Shown one piece after another: positions 25,009 to 34,307 of a DNA stretch of 64,000 bases (position 1 is the stretch's first letter; the number at the start of each line of letters is the position of its first letter). Source of the stretch: a bacterium (lineage in GTDB: Bacteria > Bacillota > Clostridia > Lachnospirales > Lachnospiraceae); the NCBI GenBank assembly GCA_023664305.1, contig JAMPFT010000012.1, positions 350-64,349 on the forward strand, in the 5' to 3' direction. Below the pieces are notes generated by a model, which was not told the origin of the DNA, searched no databases, and saw nothing but the letters and a program-made list of their open reading frames with translations. The translations under genes were made by a program, and so were the position numbers.

Positions 25009-25869
25009 ATGAACGAAAAACGACAAAGAGCAGGATTTTTGTTTGTGCTGCCGTGGCTGATCGGACTGTGCCTGTTTACGGCGCTTCCCATGCTCGCCGC
25101 CGTATATATCGGTATGACGGACTGGGATATCGTGGGAAACGCGTCCTTTGTGGGCCTGAAGAATTATGTGAAGCTGTTTCAGGCGGAGGAATTTGCCAGA
25201 AGCCTCTGGGTGACGGTGCGCTACGCGGTGATCGCGGTGCCGTTAATCATTGCCACATCGCTGACGATCGCGGTGCTGGTATCGAAAAACCGCAAGGGGG
25301 TAGGAATTTTCCGGGTGATCTATTATATGCCGGCTATTGTCTCGGGCGTGGCCGTAGCTATCGTGTTCAAGTGGATCCTGGACCCGAGCTACGGACTGAT
25401 CAACGGCGTGCTGTCCTTTTTGCACATCCAAGGGCCGGACTGGCTGTATGATCCCGACTGGGTGCTGCCCTCTTATCTGATTATGGCGATATGGGGAGCA
25501 GGCGGCAGTCTTCTGACGTACCTGGCGGCGCTGAAGGATATCCCGGAGGATCTCTACGGGGCGGCGATGATCGACGGGGCCAACGCCTTTCAGAAGGTGA
25601 GGTATATCACGGTTCCCTTGATGACGCCGATTATCTTTTACAATCTGGTGCTGGGAATCATCGGGGCCTTCCGGAAGTTTACGGACGCCTATGTGCTGGG
25701 AGGCGCGGGTAAGGAAGGAAATTTCTACATGGTGTATCTTTATGAGGAAGCCTTCGGGCATTACCGCATGGGATATGCGACGGCGCTGGCCTGGGTACTG
25801 TTTGTGATCATCCTGCTTCTGACCTTTGTGGTGAACTGGACGAAGAAGTACTGGGTGTACAGCGAATAG
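25009..25869 (+). CDS. sugar ABC transporter permease
   Basis: EAA-like LYGAAMIDGA, ITVPLMTP, MGYATALAW. Confidence 0.92.
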   Translation: MNEKRQRAGFLFVLPWLIGLCLFTALPMLAAVYIGMTDWDIVGNASFVGLKNYVKLFQAEEFARSLWVTVRYAVIAVPLIIATSLTIAVLVSKNRKGVGIFRVIYYMPAIVSGVAVAIVFKWILDPSYGLINGVLSFLHIQGPDWLYDPDWVLPSYLIMAIWGAGGSLLTYLAALKDIPEDLYGAAMIDGANAFQKVRYITVPLMTPIIFYNLVLGIIGAFRKFTDAYVLGGAGKEGNFYMVYLYEEAFGHYRMGYATALAWVLFVIILLLTFVVNWTKKYWVYSE

Positions 25870-25891
25870 GCCGGGAGAAAGAGACAGGAGA

Positions 25892-26761
25892 GTGGAAGAT
25901 ATGAGTGCAGGGAAAGTCAAAGCTTCCGGAACCCACGCGGGGAAGGTAAAGACAGCGTTATGGTATATCGTGGCTGTGGCAGGCTCGTTTATCATGCTGC
26001 TGCCCTTTGTGTGGATGATCAGTACAAGCTTTAAGACGGAAAACGAAATCTTTACGGTGCCGATCAGGTGGCTGCCCACCGTCTTTACCGTGGATAATTA
26101 CATCCGGGCGCTTCAGGTGGTGCCGATCCTGAAATGTATGCTGAATACGGTGCTCATCGCCGTACCCAAGATATTGGGAGAGGTATTTGTGTCCGCGCTG
26201 GTGGCCTTCGGCTTTGCCAGATTTCAGTTTAAGGGACGCAATACCATGTTTATGATTATGCTGGCCACCATGATGCTGCCCTATGAGGTGACGATGATCC
26301 CGACCTTTATGGCATGGTCGGCCCTGGGATTTGCGGACAGCTATGTGCCGCTGGTGCTTCCGGCCTTCTGCGGGTCGGCGTCCTTTATCTTCTTTCTCCG
26401 CATGTATTTTGAGACGGTGCCGCGGGATTACGAGGAGGCGGCCTGGATCGACGGAGCTACGAATATGAAGGTGTTTGGCACGGTATTTCTGCCGTTGGCA
26501 AAGCCGGCGCTTATCACCATCTGCCTGTGGTCGTTCATGGGAACCTGGAACGATCTGCTGGGGCAGCTGATCTACATCGACTCGCAGGGGAAATACACGA
26601 TACAGCTGGCGCTGGCGTCCTTCAGCTCCATGACCGGCGAAACCCTGTGGGGGCCGCTGATGGCGGCATCATTCATGGCGTTAATCCCTGTGCTTGTTCT
26701 GCTTCTTTACGCGCAGAAATACTTTATGGAGGGCGTAAAGATGGGCGGCATCAAGGGATAA
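25892..26761 (+). CDS. carbohydrate ABC transporter permease
   Basis: WMISTSFK, YEEAAWIDGA, LPLAKPAL, WNDLLG. Confidence 0.92.
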   Translation: MEDMSAGKVKASGTHAGKVKTALWYIVAVAGSFIMLLPFVWMISTSFKTENEIFTVPIRWLPTVFTVDNYIRALQVVPILKCMLNTVLIAVPKILGEVFVSALVAFGFARFQFKGRNTMFMIMLATMMLPYEVTMIPTFMAWSALGFADSYVPLVLPAFCGSASFIFFLRMYFETVPRDYEEAAWIDGATNMKVFGTVFLPLAKPALITICLWSFMGTWNDLLGQLIYIDSQGKYTIQLALASFSSMTGETLWGPLMAASFMALIPVLVLLLYAQKYFMEGVKMGGIKG

Positions 26762-26805
26762 GCAAAATAAAACCAATCAACTCAATCAAATGGAGGGCAT
26801 GAAAA

Positions 26806-27381
26806 ATGAAAAAGAAATTACTGGCAATTGGCTTGGCGGCAGTTCTGGCAGCAGGATGTCTGACGGGATGCGGAAACGGTTCCGGCTCCGCATCAAACGG
26901 CGGTTGGACGGAGGCGCAGCATTTCACCTATAAGGATATTTCCACCTGGGGAACGATGCAGACTCCTTCCGAGGGCAGCGGCTCGGGCAGCGTCATTGCA
27001 ACCAACGACGCCGACGGATATACGACGATTCAGGCGGCGGCTGACGGTTGGGGCGGCGTGGAATCCGGATACTTTGAGATCGACCTGGCGAAGGAGCCCA
27101 TGATACTGGCAAAGATTTTCGAGAATCCCGACGGCTATAAGTGGGGCATGAAGATCGTTCCGGAGAACCCGATCGCGGATCACGAGTGGGGCTGCTACAT
27201 CATTGACGACAATAATCTGAAATGGAACAAGTATGCCGGCATCGACTTGAGAGAAACCCTTGGAGACGACTTTATCAGCATCTACGGCGAGCAGTGCAAG
27301 ATCAAGCTGTGGATTTATCCCACCGGCGGACCTGAGGCTGTCGTTTCCGTGTCCGAGATTCTGATAATGAACACAAAATAG
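26806..27381 (+). CDS. uncharacterised lipoprotein, predicted beta-rich and aromatic-rich (CBM-like)
   Basis: Lipobox LTGC, G/S linker, several Trp/Tyr; inside the sugar operon. Confidence 0.7.
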   Translation: MKKKLLAIGLAAVLAAGCLTGCGNGSGSASNGGWTEAQHFTYKDISTWGTMQTPSEGSGSGSVIATNDADGYTTIQAAADGWGGVESGYFEIDLAKEPMILAKIFENPDGYKWGMKIVPENPIADHEWGCYIIDDNNLKWNKYAGIDLRETLGDDFISIYGEQCKIKLWIYPTGGPEAVVSVSEILIMNTK

Positions 27382-27438
27382 TCCGCAGTCATGAATAGGG
27401 TGGAAGGGAACTTTCACCCTATTCATATAGGAGTTATC

Positions 27439-29382
27439 ATGAGAAGAATATTAGCGTGTTTTCTGATAATGGCGCTGGCAGCGGCTCTTGTTTCCTGCGG
27501 CTCCGGCGCGCCGGAGGAAGGCGGGGCGGCGACAGGGCAAAAGGAAGTGCCGCGGATCGCGCGGTATGAAAAGAAGCTTCCCGACGGATACAAACAGTTT
27601 GATTACAGGGCTGCTGCCCTTTCCTATGACAGTCTTGTATTCGGCGGACGGTCTGAGGGAGCGTATCTCCCGCTTTTGTGGGAGGATAAAACGCACGATA
27701 CCTTTGGATTTGCAGCCTATGTGGGAGACGGACGGACAGGGACGGACGGGGCGCAGGAGGCGGTTGCCGCGGTTGCGGCGGTTTTGAGCGCTTCCCTTTT
27801 GGGAGAGGATAAGAGTAATCAAAACGGCGTCGATTATGTGGCGCAGCTCCACGGATATTTTTCCGAGCGGGAAAAGGTGGTGTTAAACAATCCGGGCGGT
27901 AGCAGCGAGGGCGCTTCCATGTGGTATATGCTGTATCCGACGGTCCTTTTTACGCATGTTTCGATTCTGTATCCGGAGGAGGAACTGATCAGGAAGGACA
28001 CGCTTGACGTGGTGGAGAGCTGGTACAAGGCTTACCTGGTGATGCGGGAGGAGAATAACTTTGCGCATACCGGCTTTGACTTTCAAAGGATGCAGCCCTA
28101 CGACAACGGTATCTGGGAGGAACCGGACTGTGCGGCGGGAATCGCGGTGCTGATGCAGGCAGGGTACGAGCTGACGGGCCGGGAAGAGTATCGGGAGGCG
28201 GTGTACGGCTGTCTGGATTATCTGGGAGACTTTTTCGGAAGTCCGCTGTACGAGGTGCTTCTGTACTTTGCGCCGTCGCTTGCGGCGAGAATGAACGCGC
28301 AGCAGGGAACGAACTACGACATGGACGATCTGCTGGCGGACGTATTTAACGGCAGCTCCATTCCCAGGGGAGGCTGGGGCTCCATCGTTGGCATCTGGGG
28401 AGATTACTGTATGAACGGGCTGTTCGGCAGCACGACGGACGGCGGAGGATATGCCTTTTCCATGAATACCTTTGCGGGGGGCTACGCTCTGTCCGGAGTG
28501 GCAAAATATGACACCAGATACGCCGCCGCCATGGGGGTCTGGTATCTGAACGCGGCCGGCGCGGCGCGCTACTTTTTCCCGGGCGAGACGGCGGAGGAGA
28601 ATCAGTCCGGGGCGGAGAACGGCAGGCTTGCGGAATTTATAGAGCTGTCGAATCACGGGGTTCCCTACGAGGGAATCAGGATGAGCAGTAATTCCCGGAC
28701 GCCCTGGGTAGGCGGAGACCCTACGGTGTACGGCTGGGCGGAGACGGATCTGTCCCTTTACAGCGGCGCGCACACGGGAATGTTTGCCGCCGCGGCGGAG
28801 CCGACGGATGTGGAGGGGATTCTGAAGATTGACTGTAACGCGGCAGAGCCGGGAACGGATCACTGCGGAACCTATCTTCTGTATAATCCGTATGAGGAAG
28901 CAAAGCGTGTGACCTATGAGCTGCCGGAGGGCAGGTGGGATCTGTTTGACAGCGTGCCGAAGCGTCTGACGGCGGAGGACGCGGAAGGCAGTGTACAGCT
29001 TACGCTGCAGCCGGGAGAGGCGGCGGTGATCGTCGAGGTGCCCGCGGGAACCGAAATCGTCCACAGGGACGGCAGATACACCGCGGGCGGAGTGTGGATC
29101 GCCTCCGACACGGTGACGGCGGCAATCGTGGGACTTGAGAATAACGAATCCGTGCGGGGAAAGGTGAAGCTGGACGTCAGAGTGATCTGTACGGACGAAG
29201 AAAACGCTCCGAAGGAGATTGTGCTTGAGATCGACGGAAAGGAAACGGTTTTCGGGGCAAAGGACGCGATAAGCTTCCGGACGGGAGATTATTCCGCCGG
29301 CAGCAAGACGGTGACCGTCACCGTGCGGATGGAGGACGGGAAGACGGATCAGGCAAGTATCAGACTGAACTTTAAGGAATAG
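27439..29382 (+). CDS. uncharacterised lipoprotein, putative glycoside hydrolase with C-terminal Ig-like domain
   Basis: Lipobox LVSC; acidic/aromatic helical core (EEPDCAAG, YEVLLY, GSTTDGGGYAF); C-terminal GLENNESVRGKV...YSAGSKTVTV Ig-like segment. Confidence 0.6.
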   Translation: MRRILACFLIMALAAALVSCGSGAPEEGGAATGQKEVPRIARYEKKLPDGYKQFDYRAAALSYDSLVFGGRSEGAYLPLLWEDKTHDTFGFAAYVGDGRTGTDGAQEAVAAVAAVLSASLLGEDKSNQNGVDYVAQLHGYFSEREKVVLNNPGGSSEGASMWYMLYPTVLFTHVSILYPEEELIRKDTLDVVESWYKAYLVMREENNFAHTGFDFQRMQPYDNGIWEEPDCAAGIAVLMQAGYELTGREEYREAVYGCLDYLGDFFGSPLYEVLLYFAPSLAARMNAQQGTNYDMDDLLADVFNGSSIPRGGWGSIVGIWGDYCMNGLFGSTTDGGGYAFSMNTFAGGYALSGVAKYDTRYAAAMGVWYLNAAGAARYFFPGETAEENQSGAENGRLAEFIELSNHGVPYEGIRMSSNSRTPWVGGDPTVYGWAETDLSLYSGAHTGMFAAAAEPTDVEGILKIDCNAAEPGTDHCGTYLLYNPYEEAKRVTYELPEGRWDLFDSVPKRLTAEDAEGSVQLTLQPGEAAVIVEVPAGTEIVHRDGRYTAGGVWIASDTVTAAIVGLENNESVRGKVKLDVRVICTDEENAPKEIVLEIDGKETVFGAKDAISFRTGDYSAGSKTVTVTVRMEDGKTDQASIRLNFKE

Positions 29383-29394
29383 GTGGAGACAAAT

Positions 29395-30474
29395 ATGACG
29401 AGAGAACTCGCAAACCCTGTGCTTACCGCAGCGGCTGTGAGACCGTCTCAGGATTTCCTCAAGGTGGACGGGATCTTCAACTGCGGGGCTGCGAAGCTGG
29501 GAGAAGAATATATTCTCCTGTGCAGAGTGGCGGAATCGTGTATCGAAAAGGAGGAGGGCAGCATCTGCGTTCCGGTATATGACGACAGAGAGGACTGCAT
29601 AAAGAAGGTAACCGTCAAAAAGGAAGAGATCGGGCAAAACCGCTATGACACCAGCGACTCTCGGATGATCTTCAGGCGCAATGAGAGCGGCATCAAAAAA
29701 ATAAAGTACCTGACTTCCCTGTCCCATCTGCGGATTGCCCGCAGCAGGGACGGCGTTCACTTTACCGTGGATCCCGGTCCTGCGCTTTCCTTGCAGGGAA
29801 GGTATGAAAGGTGGGGCATGGAGGATCCGAGGATCACTTACCTGGAGGACGAGGGAAGGTATTGTATCACTTATACCGCGGTTTCCGATCTGGGAGCCAT
29901 GCCTGCCCTGCTGATTACGGGAGATTTTGCGGAATTTGAACGGGTAGGGGCCATTTTCCCTCCGGAAAATAAGGATGTGGTCATTTTCCCGAAAAAGATA
30001 GGCGGATTGTATTATGCCTGCCACAGACCGGTGCCCTATGAGATCGGGACGCCGGATATCTGGATTTCTTCTTCTCCGGATCTGATCCATTGGGGCCGTC
30101 ACAGGCATGTGTGCGGCGTCTGCGAAAAGGGCTGGGAAAACGGGCGCGTCGGAAGCGGTGTGCCGCCGATTGCCACGCCGAAGGGCTGGCTTCATATTTA
30201 CCACGGAGCGGACGCAGATAACCGATACTGTCTGGGCCTGATGCTGACAGATTTAAACCGCCCCTGGGAGATTCTGGCGAAGGCGGAGAAGCCCGTGCTG
30301 GAGCCTGAGGCAGACTATGAAAAGGAAGGCTTTTTCGGCGGCGTGGTGTTTGCCTGCGGATGCGTGCGGGAGGATTCTCTGCTGAAGCTTTACTATGGGG
30401 CGGCGGACGATAAGATTGCCCGGGCGGACATCTCGCTGGAGGAGGTTTATCGGTTCTTAGGGGTAGAACAGTAG
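29395..30474 (+). CDS. GH130 phosphorylase, beta-1,2-mannobiose phosphorylase-like
   Basis: IFNCG, YLTSLSHLRIARSRDG, GMEDPRIT, PENKDVVIFP, HRP, YHGAD, VVFACG, YYGAAD, as recalled for Lin0857/Teth514_1789-type enzymes. Confidence 0.85.
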   Translation: MTRELANPVLTAAAVRPSQDFLKVDGIFNCGAAKLGEEYILLCRVAESCIEKEEGSICVPVYDDREDCIKKVTVKKEEIGQNRYDTSDSRMIFRRNESGIKKIKYLTSLSHLRIARSRDGVHFTVDPGPALSLQGRYERWGMEDPRITYLEDEGRYCITYTAVSDLGAMPALLITGDFAEFERVGAIFPPENKDVVIFPKKIGGLYYACHRPVPYEIGTPDIWISSSPDLIHWGRHRHVCGVCEKGWENGRVGSGVPPIATPKGWLHIYHGADADNRYCLGLMLTDLNRPWEILAKAEKPVLEPEADYEKEGFFGGVVFACGCVREDSLLKLYYGAADDKIARADISLEEVYRFLGVEQ

Positions 30475-30539
30475 ACGGACTGTCGCTGATTCATTGGTAC
30501 AGCATCGCAGAAAAAGCCTGCGATATGGGAGGTATAAAA

Positions 30540-31451
30540 GTGAAATCAATATGGGAATTACTGGAGGAACACAGGGCGCAGGCCGGAGAAAAAAGGGCCG
30601 CGCGGCTGACGTTTCAGGGCGTGGAAGGCTTTGACGTGTACAATCCGACGGCTCCCTTCTTCTATCAGGGGAAGCGGATTCTGTGCGCGCGGGTGGAAAA
30701 GCGGGACAGCGAAGCGTCTCAGGCGGTCTTTTTTGAAGAGACCGGAGAAAATATCTACCGCGTGCTGGAGGGCTGGAGGCGGTATGAACTGCAGGACCCC
30801 AGCATCGCCAGGGTGTGCGGACGCTATGTGCTGGGAGGGACGGAGGTGTTTGAACGTCCCGGTGAGCCCGGACGACTCTGCTGGCACACATCCTTTTATT
30901 ACGGCGGGGATTTGGAGCATCTGGAAAAGCTGGCGGACGGCCCCGACGGCATGAAGGATGTGAGACTGGTGGAGCTTGCGGACAAAAGAATCGGTATCTT
31001 TACGAGACCGCAGGGCGAAAAAGGCGGCAGGGGTAAAATAGGTTTTACGGCGGTGGAGGATTTTTCACAGGTAACTGCCGCAAAAATGGAGGAAGCCCCT
31101 CTTTTGGAGCTGTTTGGCGCGGAGGAGTGGGGAGGCGTAAACGAAGCCGTTTTACTGCAGGACGGACGGATCGGAGTACTGGGGCATATCGCCTGCTTTG
31201 AGCCGGAAAATGTGAGGCACTATTTCCCGATGGCCTTTTTGTTTGACCCGGCGGACAGGACATATTCAGGCCTCAAAATTCTGGCCGAGAGAAAAGAATT
31301 TCTGCCCGGCCCCAGCAAGAGGCCGGATCTGGAGGACGTTCTGTTCAGCGGAGGACTTCTGCGGGACGGGGACAAATCTCTCTTATATGTGGGAGTCTCC
31401 GACTGTGAAGTGCAAAATATTGTTGTCTCCGATCCGTTTGAGGGTGTATAA
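30540..31451 (+). CDS. DUF1861 family, 1,2-beta-oligomannan phosphorylase-like
   Basis: FDVYNPTAPF, LQDP, GPDGMKDVRLVEL, FTRPQG, WGGVNE, LGHIA, DVLFSGG; GTG start after GGAGGT. Confidence 0.85.
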   Translation: MKSIWELLEEHRAQAGEKRAARLTFQGVEGFDVYNPTAPFFYQGKRILCARVEKRDSEASQAVFFEETGENIYRVLEGWRRYELQDPSIARVCGRYVLGGTEVFERPGEPGRLCWHTSFYYGGDLEHLEKLADGPDGMKDVRLVELADKRIGIFTRPQGEKGGRGKIGFTAVEDFSQVTAAKMEEAPLLELFGAEEWGGVNEAVLLQDGRIGVLGHIACFEPENVRHYFPMAFLFDPADRTYSGLKILAERKEFLPGPSKRPDLEDVLFSGGLLRDGDKSLLYVGVSDCEVQNIVVSDPFEGV

Positions 31452-31454
31452 TAA

Positions 31455-32936
31455 ATGAATAAAGCAAAATGGTATGAAGGTACTGTGTTTTATGAGATAT
31501 ATGTACCGTCTTTCTGCGACGGAAACGGCGACGGGAAGGGAGACCTTAAGGGTGTGATCTCCAGGCTTGCCTACCTGAAGGATCTGGGCGTCGGCGGAAT
31601 ATGGCTGACGCCGTTTTACCCGTCCCCGGGAGCGGATAACGGGTATGATATCAGCAACTATCGGAAGGTACATCCGGAGTACGGCAGCCTGGAGGATTTT
31701 GACGAGCTGCTGTGCCGGGCGCATGAAGCGGGGATCCGGGTGATCATCGATATGGTGCTGAACCATACGTCCGACCGGCATCCCTGGTTTCAGGAGAGCA
31801 GAAAGGCCGCAGATAATTCGTACCGGGATTATTATCTGTGGGAAAGAGAGATTCCCAACAACTGGGAATCTTTTTTTGACGGAAGCGCGTGGCAGTACGA
31901 CGGGGAGGCCGGGGCTTACTATTACCATGCGTTCTCGAAGGAGCAGGTCTGCCTGAACTGGTCGAACGGCCGTGTGCGGCAGGAGTGCCGGGATATCCTG
32001 CGGTTCTGGCTGGACCGGGGAGTAGACGGCTTCCGGCTGGACGTCATCAACTTTCTCAAGACAGACCGGGCGGCATTTGCGAAGGACAATCCGCTGAAAG
32101 AGGGAAAGCTGCTCCACCTGTATGACAAAAATCAAAACGGGATCTACGGGGCGGTCCGGGAGCTCTCGGAGCTGGTTCACAGCTATCCGGACAAGTATCT
32201 GCTGGGAGAGATCGGAGAGGACGATCCGGAGCTGATCCGTTCCTATGTGGGTCCGGGGCTTCTGGATTCCGCCTTTCAGTTTAATCTCGGCAGCATGGAG
32301 AAGCTGGACGCGGTATACATGGCGGAGCAGATCCTTGTGATGGAGCGGGAAGATGTATTCCCGACGCTTTTTTTCAGTTCCCACGATATGAAACGCCATT
32401 TTAACCGTCTCTGCGGCAGGGATACGGTGAAGGCGCATCTTCTGGCAGTGTTTCTGCTCACGGCGCGGGGGATTCCCTTTCTGTATCAGGGGGAGGAAAT
32501 CCCGGCGGAGGATGTGAAGGTGGAAGAGCCGGCGGATCTGCGGGATGTACAGGGCAGATACGCTTACGAAAAAAAGCTGCGGGAGGGAGCGGGGGAGGAA
32601 GAGGCCTTTCTCTATGCCAGACAGCGCTCCAGAGACTATTCCCGTGGTATGATAGACTGGCGGTTTGCACAGGGGAAAGAGGACGCGCCCCTTTTATCCG
32701 CCTATCGGCAGCTGACGCGGCTTCGGAAAAGCTGTCCGGCTTTGGAAAGCGGACGGTATGAGGAGGTTTCCGCGGCGGACGGCAGACTGTATTACCGGCG
32801 GGCCGGGGAAGGCCGAAGGATAGGGGTAGTCTTAAACTTTCAGGGTGCGGAGCCTGAAAGCTCCGACCGGGCCGCGGCGCTTTATGAGGTGCGGGACGCC
32901 GCCGGACGGCTTAGAGGACAGGTAAGGTACGAGTAA
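31455..32936 (+). CDS. GH13 alpha-glucosidase (oligo-1,6-glucosidase/trehalose-6-P hydrolase-like)
   Basis: DNGYDISNY, DMVLNHTS, GFRLDVIN, GE, SHD, LYQGEEI. Confidence 0.88.
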   Translation: MNKAKWYEGTVFYEIYVPSFCDGNGDGKGDLKGVISRLAYLKDLGVGGIWLTPFYPSPGADNGYDISNYRKVHPEYGSLEDFDELLCRAHEAGIRVIIDMVLNHTSDRHPWFQESRKAADNSYRDYYLWEREIPNNWESFFDGSAWQYDGEAGAYYYHAFSKEQVCLNWSNGRVRQECRDILRFWLDRGVDGFRLDVINFLKTDRAAFAKDNPLKEGKLLHLYDKNQNGIYGAVRELSELVHSYPDKYLLGEIGEDDPELIRSYVGPGLLDSAFQFNLGSMEKLDAVYMAEQILVMEREDVFPTLFFSSHDMKRHFNRLCGRDTVKAHLLAVFLLTARGIPFLYQGEEIPAEDVKVEEPADLRDVQGRYAYEKKLREGAGEEEAFLYARQRSRDYSRGMIDWRFAQGKEDAPLLSAYRQLTRLRKSCPALESGRYEEVSAADGRLYYRRAGEGRRIGVVLNFQGAEPESSDRAAALYEVRDAAGRLRGQVRYE

Positions 32937-32957
32937 ATGAGGTAGGAGGAAGGTTCA

Positions 32958-33944
32958 TTGAAGAAGGTTTCTATGCAGGATATCGCGACGCAGCTCGGGA
33001 TCTCCAAGATGACGGTTTCAAAATGCTTCAAGAACAGCGAGGATATTTCGGAGGATACCAAGCAGACCATTCTCAGGACAGCCAGGGAGATGGGCTACGA
33101 ATATAAAAGACGGATCAAATACCGGATTGCCGTGCTGTTTTCGGAAGTATATTTTGAGCCGAACGAGAAATTTTACAATGGACTGTATAAGCGGCTTCAG
33201 GAGCTGGAATGGGTCAACAGCATGAAGCTTTCCCTGTTTTATGTGAGCAGAGAGGACGAGAGGAATCATGTGATGAACAAAGGCGTGGAGGACAATGACG
33301 CCATCATGCTGATGGGACAGTTCTCCAAAAAATATGTCCTGTACCTGCTGGGCAAGGGGAAGCCTGTGGTCTGTCTTGATTTCGGATACCGCGGCGTGGA
33401 GGCCGATTCGGTGATCTCCGACAGCTTTCAGGCCAGCTATAACCTGACTTCCCATATGATCGAGATGGGACACCGGAAAATTGCCTTCGTGGGGAACCTG
33501 AACTATACAAACAGCGTGAATGACCGATATCTGGGGTATTATAAGGCGCTGCTGGAGGAAGGAATCGACATGACGCCCCGGTATCGGATCGACGACAGGG
33601 ACGAACGCGGGATTCTGGATCGCTTTGAACTGCCGGAGGATATGCCCACGGCCTTTGTGTGCAATAACGATCATGCCGCCTATCTGCTGATACGACAGTT
33701 GAAAAAAGAGGGCTTCCGGGTGCCGGAGGAGGTCAGCGTGGCCGGGTTTGACGATGTGCTGTACTCTGAGATTTCCGACCCGCCCATCACGTCGGTTCAT
33801 GTGCAGAGGAGATTTATGGCGGAACAGGCCGTGCTGCTTATGAAGCGGAGGTTCCAGCAGCCTGACGCCAGACCCAGGACGATAACGATCGACTGCTCCA
33901 TCAGATACAGGGAATCTATATTCCCTATTGACAAAAGCAATTAG
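32958..33944 (+). CDS. LacI family transcriptional regulator
   Basis: VSMQDIATQLGISKMTVS HTH; GHRKIAFVG, FVCNND, VSVAGFDD. Confidence 0.92.
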   Translation: MKKVSMQDIATQLGISKMTVSKCFKNSEDISEDTKQTILRTAREMGYEYKRRIKYRIAVLFSEVYFEPNEKFYNGLYKRLQELEWVNSMKLSLFYVSREDERNHVMNKGVEDNDAIMLMGQFSKKYVLYLLGKGKPVVCLDFGYRGVEADSVISDSFQASYNLTSHMIEMGHRKIAFVGNLNYTNSVNDRYLGYYKALLEEGIDMTPRYRIDDRDERGILDRFELPEDMPTAFVCNNDHAAYLLIRQLKKEGFRVPEEVSVAGFDDVLYSEISDPPITSVHVQRRFMAEQAVLLMKRRFQQPDARPRTITIDCSIRYRESIFPIDKSN

Positions 33945-34027
33945 GAAAGCTATACTTTACATTAAGTTAGCGGCTACTAACGACAGGTAGCCGCTTTTCC
34001 AGAATATAGGGTTAGTAAAAACTAACC
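33928..34027 (+). promoter_or_regulatory. SigA promoter, hairpin and two GTTAG-N6-CTAAC boxes upstream of the HMA gene
   Basis: TTGACA 33928-17bp-TATACT 33951; boxes at 33966-33981 and 34011-34026; hairpin 33969-33995. Confidence 0.75.
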
Positions 34028-34049
34028 AGCACAGAGCGGAGGTACTCCT

Positions 34050-34307
34050 ATGGTTAAGATTGTAATGGGCGTGGAAGGAATGGCATGCGGTATGTGTGAG
34101 GCACACATCAATGAAGCGGTGAGGAACGCATTCCGGGTGAAAAAGGTGACAAGCTCGCATACGAAGAAGCAGACCGTCATTCTTGCGGAGCAGGATATCC
34201 CGGAGCAGGAGCTGAAGGATACGGTGGCGAAAGCAGGCTATGACGTCGTATCGGTAAGCAGCGAGGCTTATGAGAAAAGGGGTTTTTTGTCTGTATTCGG
34301 GAAATGA
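34050..34307 (+). CDS. heavy-metal-associated (HMA) domain protein, CopZ-like
   Basis: VEGMACGMCEAHI. Confidence 0.9.
   Translation: MVKIVMGVEGMACGMCEAHINEAVRNAFRVKKVTSSHTKKQTVILAEQDIPEQELKDTVAKAGYDVVSVSSEAYEKRGFLSVFGK

Noticed and set aside
27883-30204. 773-aa minus-strand ORF, and similar long antisense ORFs at 21635-23497, 49553-51298, 52275-53750, 54011-55507, 61812-63521
   Set aside because: Each mirrors a well-supported plus-strand gene and has no recognisable domain
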